Assembly (NCBI GenBank): GCA_918797485.1
Contig: CAKKNE010000002.1
Coordinates: forward strand, 434,001-498,000
Reading direction: 5' to 3'
DNA from: Pelagomonas calceolata
Lineage: Eukaryota
Length of the DNA: 64,000 nucleotides
Shown here: positions 47,614 to 59,305 of the stretch, in pieces
How the letters are laid out: every line of letters begins with the position of its first letter
How positions within the stretch are numbered: position 1 is the stretch's first letter
Position numbers and translations under genes: made by a program
The notes under the pieces: model-generated
What the model was told of the DNA's origin: nothing
Databases searched by the model: none
What the model saw: the letters and a program-made list of their open reading frames with translations, nothing else

Positions 47614-48354
47614 ATGCTCGACCTCACGGTGGACCACTACCGCAGCGGCTGGGACGCCGTCCTCTCCCGGCGGAAGCGGCGGACGAAGGGCCCGCTCGCG
47701 CCCGTCGCGCGGGCGCCGCGCGACGTCCCGGGCTCGTTCCCGTCGCAGATACGACGGCGGCCCTTCCCGAACCCGCACAAGAAGAGCACGCGGCCGACGC
47801 GGCTCCCGTCGCTCACGGAACTGCGCCGCTTCCGGCCGGACCCGCGGAACTACGTCGCGAGCGCGCGCAAGATCATCTTCTTGGATGTTGACGGCGTGCT
47901 CAACACGGACTCGTGCCGGCCGCGCGACGCCATCAAATCGTCGCTCGTCGAGCGGCTCGCCCAGGCGGTCCTGCGGACGGGGTCGCGCATCGTGCTGTCG
48001 TCGACGTGGCGGCTCCACGTCAAGTACCGCAACAAGCTCGTGAAGCGCCTCGAGAGCGCGGGCGTCGATCGGTGCCTGATCATCGACGACACGCCGCAGC
48101 TGCCCTTCGACCTGCGCTGCGGCTGGCCCGTCGCCGAGCACAACCGGGCCTGCGAGATCGCGGCCTGGATGGCCTCGGCGCGGACGCACCCCGACCTGAA
48201 ATGGGTGGCCATCGACGACCTCGACGTGACGAACTCGCCCCACGCGTCCTTCTTCCACGGGCACTTCGTCCACACGACGCGCCAGAAGGGCCTCACCCAG
48301 GACTGCGCGGACGCCATCATGCGCATCCTCGGGCCGCGGTCGGCGAAGGACTGA
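47614..48354 (+). CDS. HAD-domain protein (Swiss Army Knife RNA-repair-type HAD)
   Basis: IIFLDVDGVLN, IVLSSTWR, DDTP, EIAAW, WVAIDD, GLT. Start codon uncertain. Confidence 0.8.
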   Translation: MLDLTVDHYRSGWDAVLSRRKRRTKGPLAPVARAPRDVPGSFPSQIRRRPFPNPHKKSTRPTRLPSLTELRRFRPDPRNYVASARKIIFLDVDGVLNTDSCRPRDAIKSSLVERLAQAVLRTGSRIVLSSTWRLHVKYRNKLVKRLESAGVDRCLIIDDTPQLPFDLRCGWPVAEHNRACEIAAWMASARTHPDLKWVAIDDLDVTNSPHASFFHGHFVHTTRQKGLTQDCADAIMRILGPRSAKD

Positions 48355-48681
48355 ACACAACAACAACACACACATGTTTCTTTAACCTGTCTTTAATTTC
48401 CTATCGTTCTTTTATTGTCGTTTGCGGGGACGCGGCGCACCGTCGCGGACTCGCTGCGAACCCCAGTCGTCGGCGATGTAGTTCCCAGTGGCCAACGACG
48501 TCCCTCGCTCATCGACAGCCGCGCACTTACTTCATTATTCGGGAGGTGCGGGTTCGTGGGGGGGGTTAGCACAAGAGGTACTATACTTAGATACCTGCCA
48601 GCATTCCAATCTGCACGAGCTGCTTAGACGGCTAATCCACGAAGAGGGAAAATGGGGAAGGCGTGAAGACGAAGCCCAAGC

Positions 48682-51600
48682 ATGCCGCGTCTCAGCGTCC
48701 TCCCAGCCCTGCTGCTGGCCTGGACCTTGGCAGTGGCGAGGCTGCCCGAGGATGCCGCCCCGGAGGAGCAGCCGCCGGCGGACAGCCTCGTCCCGAAAAA
48801 ACCAGCGTCCGTCACCGTTACCAGGAGACGGCGCCCGGACGACCCCGCCGGCATGACCGCGGCGCAGATCGTCGCGGCGGTCCGGACGGCGAGCACCAGC
48901 CGCCGCCGCCTCCAGAATGATGAAGAGGCGCCTCATGAAAACCGCCGCCTCCAGGACATGCTGGACCTCAAGGACACCTTCGTCGAGAAGGCCGAGATGA
49001 CGCGCGAGATCGACAGCGTCACGCCGTATTGGGGCAGCGCGAACGGCGGCACGCGTTTGCACATCGACGGCACGGGCTTCGCGACCGAGTTTTTTAGTGG
49101 GAAGAACAAGGTCATGATCGGCGACGACAATAATGGCTGGGTGGCCTGCGACGTCGTCGAGGGCGCCTGCACCGTCGACTGCGGCGGCGATAAACGGATC
49201 GTCTGCGACACGCGCGCGTGGACGTCTGACACCACGGCCGGGTGGTTCGACGTCTGGGTCCAGGTCGACGACACGATCTCGACGTACGATTTGATCAGGA
49301 CGAACTGCTTCCACTACCTGAGCTCGACGTGGAACAGCGGCGTGCCGCGCCTGACTCATATATATCCTAGACACGCTGCTGCTGGAAGCGGTATTGCCCT
49401 GCGGGGCCAGGGACTGGGCCGCTACGTGTCCGAGTATCGAACGATTTATATAGGTGCGGGCCGGCCCCCGCAAGGAGGCAACATCCAAGTCGAGAGCGGC
49501 TTCGTCAAGGAGGAACGGTCGACGCACGCTCTGTGTCGGGCCGACGACCTGAACTTCGCCGTGAACGACAAAACAGGAGAAGTGGACTCCTTCTCCCTAC
49601 CGGTGCTGGTCGAGGACGCGGTCTTAGGACACAACTCGCCCATCACGGAGAACGCAGTGAATTGCTACCTCGGAGACTTCCCGTCGGGCTCCTACAACGC
49701 GTCGGCGCACATGTCCGCGACCGACGGGCTCGACTCCATGAGTGACGGCTCGGATCGGTACGGCGGGCTCACGTTCGAGCGCTTCACGGACCTGTCTCGG
49801 GACGCCTTCGGGGAGGTCTACGCGTTCCAATACTACCCGCACGTTTCACGGGTCATGCCCGCCGTCGGGTCGCTGGAAGGCGGCACGCTGATCACTATCA
49901 GTGGCGGCGGCTTCAGCGACGACGAGACGCAGGTCTTCGTCTCGATCGGCGGCCGCGACTGCGAGGTGCTCCGGTCGACGCTCGTGGAGGTGGTCTGTCG
50001 GACGGGCGATTTATCTTCCGTCGACGAAGGATTACCGCAGGACCATCACGTCGAGCTCGGGAGCCTGGAACCTCCCGTGACGCCGGCGCCGACGCAGGAC
50101 CATAGCTGGACCGTCACCGCATCAAGTGCGGTACAAGAAGAGGGCCTCTGGTCGACCGTAAGCACCTACATGGAAGCACCGGCCTGCGGCGTGCCGCCCT
50201 GCACGCCGTCGTGGCTCGTCCTCGCGCCGTCGGACGTCGCGCTCGACGGCTCCTACGAGGTGACGCTCACGACGCCCGGCGACGTGGCGTGCACGACGGG
50301 GGACGCCTACGTCGCGTCGCAAGCTTCTGTATTGGTCGCCGACGCCGCGCGCGGCTACGTGCCGCTCAACGTTTCTTTGATTGAACCTTCTATCGTGCTG
50401 GGCCGCTTTAGTTTCGCGGCGGGTTCGGGCGACGGGCGGCGCGGCGCGGTCATCGTCGACACGGTCGGCGCCGACGGCTGCGTCGTCGTCATAAGCGTGA
50501 CCGCCCAGCGCGTCGGTCCCATGGCCGGCGGCGACTGCGCGGACCCGCTCGCCGCGAACTACGTCGCGGGCTCCACGTCTACATGCGACTGCGTCTACGT
50601 CGGCGGGCGCGGGCTGCGCCAGCGCGCGTGGTCGCTCATGGCTCCCGATTATCGAGACGGGTCCTGGCTCAAGGATGACGACGTCCACGACGCGTACGCG
50701 ACGGGCCGCTCCTGCAAGGCGCCCGGCAACGCGTCGCAGACGAACTACTCGAGCTTCCACGGGAGCTGCAGCAACCCCCGGAACCCGAAGCTGCCGCTCA
50801 TCCCCGAGGTGGGCCTGCCCATCGAGACGATCGTCGCGACGCCGCCCACCGTGACGCCGCAGCCGACGACTGGGCCGACGCCGCGGCCCACCACCGGCAG
50901 CCTGGACCCGGATCTCCTCGACCCCAGCGGGCCTGGCGGCACGACCACGCCGCTCACGCCCGTCGCGGGCCTCCCGAGCACCTCGATCACCAACTTGGAC
51001 CCGGACACGCCGATCCTGGCGATGCCGGCGGGCGACACGCTCGCCGCCGGGCCCATCACCTCGCCGCTGGTCGAGGCCTCGATCAGCGACACGCTGACGG
51101 GCGAGGTTTTGGTCGAGCCCGTCGAAACGATCAACCCGCTCACGGGCGTCACGGAGACAAAGGAAGCCGCGCCGATCCTCGTGGGCATCGACACGATCGA
51201 GCCCGAGCCCCTCGAGCCTCTCTCGCCCATCTCGTCGCTCGTGTCGACGTCGTCGCTATCGAACGACGGGCTCTCCATGCGGCGCCGCCTCACGGAGGAA
51301 GACGACGACGGCGTCTGCCTGCCCCCCGTCAAACCGAAGACGGGTCGCATCGAGGCGCCGGTCGTCCCCGAGGAGGCCGCGGAGGCCTTTTGCTGCCTGT
51401 CGAGCGACTGGCACGGCTGCGAGGCGACGTGGAACCTGGCGGACAAGGACGGTTTCGTGGACGTGTTACGGCAGGACGCGAAGATGTGCGCGCCGTTTAC
51501 GGTCGACGAACTGCGGCGGTCCTGCTACTCGTGCCTCGGCTTCGACGCGCCGGGCGCGCACCAGCCCGTCTGCCACTGCTGTTCGCGACTGGACGAGCTC

Positions 51601-54220
51601 GAGTTCATGCGCACGCTCTCCGACGGTCGCTTGGAGTTGAAGCTCGAGTGGCCCGGCACGCTCCTCGACTACATGCACTGGCGGCAGCGCATGAACCCCG
51701 CGCAGTTCGACCTGAAGACGCGCGCGGAGCAGTACGAATGGAACACGACGGCGACCGAAGCCGAGGACTACGAGGCCATCCACGCGCCCTACTTCGAAGC
51801 GAATTATTGGGGCGGCCTCGAGTACGGCGGCACCTACTCGCTGCTGGACGGTTCGTATAATCGCGAACACGACTGGTGGTACGCCGTCGGGAGCTTCGAG
51901 AACTCCAACAACAACAACATCCCCAGTACAACTGGAGACGAGTTCGTGGGCGACGCCACCGAAGACACCTGGGTCCGGCGGGCGACGCTCAAGGCCAAGC
52001 CCGACTACACGTACTTCCAGCCCAAGTGCATCTCCTGCGAGGCGTGCTACGATTCCGACGGCTACTGGCGGGGCGAGACCACGACGGAAACGTGGCAGGA
52101 CACGACGGCCTGCACGCTGGGCCAGGCCTGCGCGTTCGACCGGATTGTAAGGAAGAGCGTGCCGGGCTGCCCCGCCATCTGCAGGGGCATGCGGATCCGC
52201 GCGTTCGAGGCGTGCGCGGCGCACCACACTTTGATTGTGAGAGACCGCTACTCCTCAAATACCACAGCGGGCGGCAACTGCACGGGCAACTGCACCGCGG
52301 TGGACGTGATCAACACGCACGACATCGGCGCCGTGCCCGCGTACCGGCCGGGCGCGGGCGCCTTCGAGGGCTTCTTCGTCGCGCCCAAGGCCGCTTCTTA
52401 TGTGTTTGTGGGCGTCTGGGACGCGGCCCTCGAGCTGTCTCTATCCTCAACGAGCGACCCGCGGCACCTCCAGGTTATTCTGGGTGGCGCGACGCAGACG
52501 CCGCCCTCGAACAATGACGTCGTGGGCGGCTGGACGCACTTCGACGGCCACTGGTACTTCGGATCGACGGAGTTGAAGAACTGGGCCGACGCGCAGGCCG
52601 CGTGCCAGGCCGAGGGCGCGACGCTCGCTGAAATCAATTCTGCGGAAGAGCAGGCCTTCCTGTATGGCCTGTGCGACGGCGTCAGCTCCTGGCAGTGCTG
52701 GATCGGCGGCTCTGGCTCTCTGCCTGCGGGCATGTGGCGCTGGCAGTCGACGGGGGAGCTCTTCGCGGCGGGATTCGCGGACACCGTCACCGCCGCGCCG
52801 GGCGCCTACACGAACTGGGACAGCATTGAGCCGAACAACAACGGTCAGCCGAACTGGAAGAGCGAACAGGGGTGCGTGGCCATGTACGCCTACTCAAATG
52901 GCGTGTGGGACGACCAGTACTGCACCTACGGGATACCGTACGTCTGCGAGTCGGCGCTCCACGCCAAGCGGCGGCCGGCTGCGGAACGCCGTCGTCCAGA
53001 AGTGCGCCGGCGTCGTCGACGACTGTGCGGCGCGGGCCATCGGCGCAGACGAGTGCCCTTCCTCTATACCCTCGAAAAACTGCGAAAACGTCGCCACCGG
53101 CGAGCTCTGCGAGGGCGACGGCGAATGCGGGACGGACCCGGATCTGGACAACTGCGATGGACAAGACGTCTACCGAGCCATCAGGCAGCCGCTGGTTCTA
53201 GTGGATTGCGCGGACGCTCTCGTGTTCGAGAGCAGCTGGCTCAACGTCACGAAGCTCGACCAGGCGCGGCACGGCCTCTTCCACTTCGACCGCGACCAGG
53301 GGCCGCCAGGTTACGATCCCGACGGCGTGACCTGGACGAATGAAGTGGAAGGTGCGTGGGACTGGTGGTACCCGGTGGGTTTGATACCTTACGACGTCAC
53401 GAACATAAGTACGATGTCCTTTCTGATGGCCGGCAACTCGACGCTGGAGATCGAGACATCTTTGTGTGGCCCGGACTCCCCGGGGGGCTGCCCCACCTTT
53501 CTCCGCGTGACGCCTGGAAGTCCGACGGCGGCACCGACGTCGCTGCCCACATTCTCGCCGACGAGCGCGCCGACTCTTGTCCCGACGAAGGCCCCGACGG
53601 GCTGGCCGACGAAAGTGCCCATCCCCGCGCCGTCGCCGAGGCCGACTACGCGGCCGACGTGGGTGCCGTGGCCTGCGCCCACGACAGCGCCCACGCCGAG
53701 GCCGTGGCCGGCGCCGACGCCCTTGCGCGGCCACCCCACGGCGGCGCCGGTCGTGGCTCCGACGCCGCCGCCATCGGCCCCGCCGACCGCGGCGCCCGGG
53801 GTTTCGACGCCCGGGCCCACGGCTTACCCGCTGCCAGCGCCCACGCCGCGCCCGGTGGAGGCAGCCGAGGACGACGACAACAGCGGTCGCCGCGGCCTCG
53901 TCGAGTCCGCAGGAGTATGGAGTCTCGCAACGGTGGGTATCACAATGACTGGTATCACTATCGCGACGATTGCGAACGCTGCGCAGGAGCAGTGCGCATT
54001 AGGACCGACAATCGTTTACGAGGCTGGCACGAAGCATCCCTACTACATTACGCCGAACCTTTGTACCATCGGCGCCCACACGTACGCCTCCAAGAAGACC
54101 CTGCGCGACGCCTCGCCGCGCAAGGTTTGCCGCAAGTTTTGCGAGGCGGCGTCGTCGGGGAAGGGCAAACTGGCGCTGAAACATGTGCAAGGCCTGACGT
54201 GCTACTGCAAGCGGAGCTAG
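48682..54220 (+). CDS. Large secreted fibrocystin-L-like protein (IPT/TIG repeats, PA14-like, C-type lectin, Pro/Thr stalk) with a frameshift near 52950-53000
   Basis: TIG starts VTPYWGSANGGTRLHIDGTGF and VMPAVGSLEGGTLITISGGGF; C-type lectin WIG...EPN...WDD...YVCE; coding continues in ORF 52664..54220. Confidence 0.7.
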
Positions 54221-54506
54221 AGCTCCCCTGCCGCCGCATCATGAATCCGCCCCTTTTCTCCTTACTTACCTACCTTACTTCCACAACGAATCGCCATTCT
54301 CAGTCTAATTCTCTATGTTATTAATACTAAATTCTAACCTCAATCAAGATACCCTGTGCTCCCGTCCTAACGGTAGGTGCTTTGCAACGACTTATCCGGT
54401 GCGATGACGCTTCGCGTCCCCGTGTTTGCTTTTTGTGAATTTTTTATTTACTTTGAATTTATTCAGGAGGTATTTAGGATCCAGAGACCGGTACCATAAA
54501 AGCTTG

Positions 54507-54527
54507 CTAGTGTCTTACAGCCGCTAG
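54507..54527 (+). promoter_or_regulatory. 22-bp upstream element (21-bp variant)
   Basis: ctagtgtcttacagccgctag, 108 bp upstream of the TBC ATG. Confidence 0.65.
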
Positions 54528-54634
54528 TTGGGACGCCTGGCCAACTTTTTATCTTTCCTAACAATAGGCGTACAGCCGTACCTTGAAAGTGGATTGACCT
54601 CAGCCACGACGCCGAAGCATTTTTGCCGATAAAA

Positions 54635-55732
54635 ATGAGCACTAAAGCTGCTGAGACGGATGCCTGGGGGTTCCCGCAAGGCGCCTGGCACGCGACGCAG
54701 CCGGCCGCACGGTTCCAACAAACCACGGAGGAGAAGGATGCTGACCGTGACCTAAAATGGGCGCGAATGCTGCATCCGACGAAGGGCTTTTCGGGCGTGC
54801 CGACCGCCGTGCTGAAACGACGGTGGCGCAAGGGCGTCCCCCGCGGCTGGCGCCGCGCGGCCTGGCCCGAACTCATGGACCACGGGCCCGCGGAATTCAA
54901 AACGGCCGCGGGGCTCCGGCAAATCACGTACCAGTCGCTCGTGAACTCGCCGCCGTCGTCGTACGACGAGGTCATCGAGAAGGACGTCGTCCGAACCTTC
55001 CCGCGCCACGCGCGCTTCGCGACGGCGGTGGCCGACGGCGGCCGGTCCGCGGGCGGCGACGACGAGGCCGCCGCGATCTCGTCGCTGCGGCGGATCTTGC
55101 GGGCCTACGCGGCCCTGGACAAGGAGTGCGGCTACTGCCAGGGCATGAATTACGTGGCGGGGCTGCTCCTGCTGGCGTGCGACAGCGCGAGTCGGTCGCC
55201 GAACGACCCTTCCGCCTCGAGCGACGCGGCCGACGACGAGGAGCGGTGCTTCTGGCTATTGGTCGCCACGGCGCGGGGCCCGCGGACGCGCCTGCGCGAT
55301 CTGTACCTGCCGTCCATGGTCGGCTGCCGGCGCGCGCTCTACGCGTACGAGGCGTTCCTGCGGAAGCTGCGCCCGAAGCTCGCCGCGCACCTCGAGCGCG
55401 AGAACGTGCAGCCGGCCATGTACGCGACGCACTGGTTCGTCACGGTCTTCGCCGCGCAGTTCCCGGCGCCCTTCGCGGCGCGCGCGTGGGACCGGTTCCT
55501 GGCCGAGGGCTGGAAGCCCGTCTACCAGATCGGGGTCGCGCTCCTCGCGGCGCGCGAGCGCGAGCTCCTGGCGCTGGACTTCGAGGGGCTCATGGGCGCG
55601 CTCCGGCGGCTCCCGGAGACAGTCGACGTCGAGCGGACGCTGGGCCTCGCGCTCCGCCTGCGGCTCAAGACGAGCGACGTTCGCGACGTGGAAAAGCGCT
55701 TCGGCGACGACGTCAAACCCCAGGACCTGTGA
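54635..55732 (+). CDS. Rab-GAP TBC-domain protein
   Basis: KGVPRGWRRAAW, IEKDVVRTFP (R finger), GYCQGMNY (Q finger), YATHWFVTVF. Confidence 0.92.
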   Translation: MSTKAAETDAWGFPQGAWHATQPAARFQQTTEEKDADRDLKWARMLHPTKGFSGVPTAVLKRRWRKGVPRGWRRAAWPELMDHGPAEFKTAAGLRQITYQSLVNSPPSSYDEVIEKDVVRTFPRHARFATAVADGGRSAGGDDEAAAISSLRRILRAYAALDKECGYCQGMNYVAGLLLLACDSASRSPNDPSASSDAADDEERCFWLLVATARGPRTRLRDLYLPSMVGCRRALYAYEAFLRKLRPKLAAHLERENVQPAMYATHWFVTVFAAQFPAPFAARAWDRFLAEGWKPVYQIGVALLAARERELLALDFEGLMGALRRLPETVDVERTLGLALRLRLKTSDVRDVEKRFGDDVKPQDL

Positions 55733-55958
55733 GTAAACTTTTGAAAGATCTATGTAAAGAGCTCCTTGGCCGCGGCGGCCGCGACTTGCGCCGCGCGGCG
55801 GGTCCCCCATCCCATCTTCGGCTTTGGGCTGCCCTCTCGCTGTGCTTAAACTAAAGACTGCCGCCGCATCCTGCGCCGCCTGGGACACCCTCGGAAAGCC
55901 GCCGAGTGGCCGCTTCGCCGCGTGTGCCGCCTGGGCACGCGCGGAGCTTTGGACCAGG

Positions 55959-56535
55959 ATGGCCTGCATGGGCATGGACCTGGACTGCGGGCTGGTCGAC
56001 GCGCTCACGCAGTCCTTCCAGGGGCCCGCCGCGGCGCGGCCCGTGGGCGCGCCGTCGGCGGACCACCCGTCGCCGGCGTCGACGCTCAACTCCGCCGCGC
56101 ACCGCGTGTCGAGCGACGACAGCGCGGCGCAGTGCTCCATCTTCTCGGACGGCTCGGCGACGCCCTGCGACGTGCGGCGCGACTACGAGCTCGGCGCCGA
56201 GATCGGCGCGGGCCACTTCGGCCGCGTCTTCGCCTGCGACCGCCGCGCGGACGGGCGCAAGTTCGCCTGCAAGCAGCTCGCGACGCGGCTCGTGCGCGAC
56301 GTTTTGAGTGTGCGGCGCGAGGTCGCGATCATGCGGCGGCTGGCCCACCGGCACGTGCTAAGAATTGAGGCGGTCTACGAGCACCGGAACAGCGCGTGGA
56401 TCGTGTCGGAGCTCTGCGAGGGCGGCGACCTGCTCCAGTTCCTGGTGCGCGAGGGCGGGTCGCTGCACGAGCCGGCGGCGCATCAGATCATGAAGCAGCT
56501 GCTCTCGGCCGTCACGGCCTGCCACGCCGTCGGCG

Positions 56536-56573
<38 letters not shown>

Positions 56574-58214
56574 TCGTCGAAGACGGGCCCGCCCGACATC
56601 CGCGTGGTGGACTTCGGGCTGTCGTGCATCTACACGAAGGACGGCGCGCGGCAGCTGCACCGCCTCGCGGGCACGCCCTACTACATGGCCCCCGAGATCC
56701 TGGGCAAGGCCCGGGCGGGCTACGGGCCGGCCTGCGACTTGTGGTCGTGCGGCGTCGTGCTCTACTTCCTCATCGCCGGGAAGCCGCCCTTCGCGCCGGA
56801 CGACCACAACTGCCCGTCGCGGACACGCAAGCGCAAGCGCAAGGCGGACCTCGAGGACCTGACGCAGAAGGTGATGCGGGGCGCCGTCGACCTCGAGACG
56901 GGGTGCTGGGCCGACTGCACTTCATCATTGAAGGACGTGCTGCGGGGGCTGCTCAACGTCGACCCCGCGAAACGCCTGAGCGCGCCCGCGGCGCTGGCGC
57001 ACCCCTGGCTCGCGACCGACGGCGAGGCCGCGCCCGCGCGGAAGGCGCCCGTCGGCGCGCGCGCCTTCACGGCCCTGGAGCGCTACGCGCGCGCGACCTT
57101 CTTCCACAAGCGCGTCTTCCACGCCCTCGCGGACACGCTGACGCTCGCGGAGCTCGCGGCCCTGCGCAAGGAGTTCGCCTACCTCGACGTCGACGGCGAC
57201 GGCTTCGTGACCGTCGAGGATCTCACCAAGGTGCTGGCGGCGCTCGAGGCCGAGGGACGGCACGCGTCGGGCACGGCGCTCGAGGTCGAGGCCGTCGTCG
57301 AGGCCTGCGACGTCGCGCGCGACCACCGCATCTCGTACCACGAGTTCTGCGTCGCCTCGATGCACCGGGGCGCGTACCTGCGCGAGGACCGCGTCGACCG
57401 GCTCTTCCACGAGTATCTCGACACGAACCGCCACGACGCCCACCTCGTCACGGTGCAGTCGCTCAAGGCGCACGGCTTCGACGACGCGTCCGTGGCCGAC
57501 GTCTTCGCAGCGGCCAAGGCCACGCCGGGCAAGGGCATCTCCCGGAGCGCCTTCGCGAAGCTCCTGCGGCTCGGCGCGATCCATGGGGCCTCGACGCGCG
57601 GCGAGTCGCACAAGGCGCGGAGCCTGCTCGGGCACAGCCTGGACCTGACCGGCGATTCGCCGGAGCTGGGCGTCCACCTCAAGGCGGTCTTCGACCACGA
57701 GCCCGCCGCAAAGAAGACCGAGCTCGAGCAGCGGCTGGACGTCCTGAACATCTCGGCGACGGGCGTCCGCGTTCTCGCGCCGCGGACGAAACAGGCGAAG
57801 ACCAAATGCGGCAAAAAGCACTACTACAGACCCAAGCCCGTGAGTTTGACCAACGGCCATTTCGCCCTCTCCGTGCGGCAAGCGCAGATCGCGTCGATCG
57901 AGCGTCAGATCGAGGCGGCGATCAAGGGCGGCACCGACACGACCGCGCTCGAGGCGACGTACCTGGCGCGCGTCGAGATCGCCCGCGACGAGCATCGGGC
58001 CGCCGCCGTGGACCTCCGGCGGCGGGGCGAACTCCACGCGGCCATGGACGCGTTCCGAGAAGCGAAGCACCTGGACTTTGTATACCAGCATCGCAAGGCC
58101 CTCGTGGAGGCGGGCGGGCTCGGCGACGCGCCGCCGCCGCCGGAGGTGATCGCTCGGCGGCGCCTCGAGGCGGCACACGCGCGGCTGGATGCGATCTCGG
58201 AGCCGCTCTCGTAA
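55959..58214 (+). CDS. Calcium-dependent protein kinase-like (kinase + EF hands + C-terminal extension)
   Basis: IGAGHFGRV, HRDLKPEN, DFG, GTPYYMAPE, EF hand DVDGDGFVTVEDL. Confidence 0.88.
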
Positions 58215-58296
58215 TGGGGTATTGAAGTCTATGTATAGGTAGCACTGGCAATATTTACTCGGTTCCGCTATGCGTCCATACGGCCTCTCACGCGTT

Positions 58297-58812
58297 TTAC
58301 GCCTTGTCATCGCTCTTCTTCTTCTTCTTTTTCTTCTTTTTCTCACCGGATGCATCTTCGCTCTTGCGACGTTTCTTTTTGGGGGGACCCTCGGCGGCCG
58401 GCGCGGCGGAGTCGGCTTTCGCAGCCGCTTTCTTGTTGGCGTTATACTCAGCGAGCGCCGCTTGGTACTTTTCCCTCGACGTCGCTGCCCTCGCCTGGTA
58501 GGCAGACTTTTCCGCCTCCGGGAGCTTGCTCCACATTTCCCCGATCAATCGCATCGCTTCCTTCCCTTTGGGCAGCGTGGTGTTCGTCGCGCGCGTCTCC
58601 TTCATAAATAATTGGTAGGCCGTTTCCGCGTAGGCTGGTCGATTGGGATCCTTCTCACGCTTGCCCCGAGCCTTGCGACCGTCCTTGGTGAGCTTGGGCG
58701 CGTCCTCGCCGAGCGCAGCGGCACAGGCGGCTGCCAGCTTGAGCTGTGCTTGGGCCGTGGCCATCGCTGCGTCGCGCATGGCCTCGAGCGCGGCGCGATT
58801 AAGCTCTGCCAT
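58297..58812 (-). CDS. HMG-box protein
   Basis: KDPNRPAYAETAYQLFM...IGEMWSKLPEAEKSAYQARA; Lys-rich tail. Confidence 0.88.
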   Translation of the reverse strand: MAELNRAALEAMRDAAMATAQAQLKLAAACAAALGEDAPKLTKDGRKARGKREKDPNRPAYAETAYQLFMKETRATNTTLPKGKEAMRLIGEMWSKLPEAEKSAYQARAATSREKYQAALAEYNANKKAAAKADSAAPAAEGPPKKKRRKSEDASGEKKKKKKKKKSDDKA

Positions 58813-59305
58813 GGTTTTGTTGTTGTTGTGGCGGCAGCAGCCCAAAGCGGCGGCGGCGGCGGCGGCGTCAGCGGGTGGTGAACGTGTCCGAGGCGGCGGA
58901 CGGGAGCCTGGCGTCCGACCGCGCGATACGGGGCAGCCCGCGCGTCAAACAAACAGTTCCAGTCAAAAAGACGGTATGCTTTGCTTGATACAAAGTTAAG
59001 TAAAAAGCAAGGGGTTCCCTTGCCGCCGAGTGGTTAGTCCCCTTTCGAACCGTCTTCGAACCGTCGCTATCGCGACCTGTCCTCGTGTTTCGCCCCGAAA
59101 GACCCGTCGGCTACCACGAGTCGTGGCAAGTGTGCGGTTAACTCTGCCTCAGACAGAGTGGCACAGGCTGAGGTAGGATGGCCACTGCAGTGGACTCAAG
59201 CCCAGACACCAGCAGCGCAGCTCGGGGATAACCTTTCCGAGTCCATACTACTCACAAGGCACACTTACAACATCCCCCGAGAACGCCGCCGCGAGACGAC
59301 GTCGA

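Noticed and set aside
58985..59070. Short hairpin (AAGGGGTTCCCTT) and TTCGAACCGTC direct repeat as a tRNA or ncRNA
   Set aside because: No cloverleaf or A/B boxes could be built, and the signal is too short to support a call.
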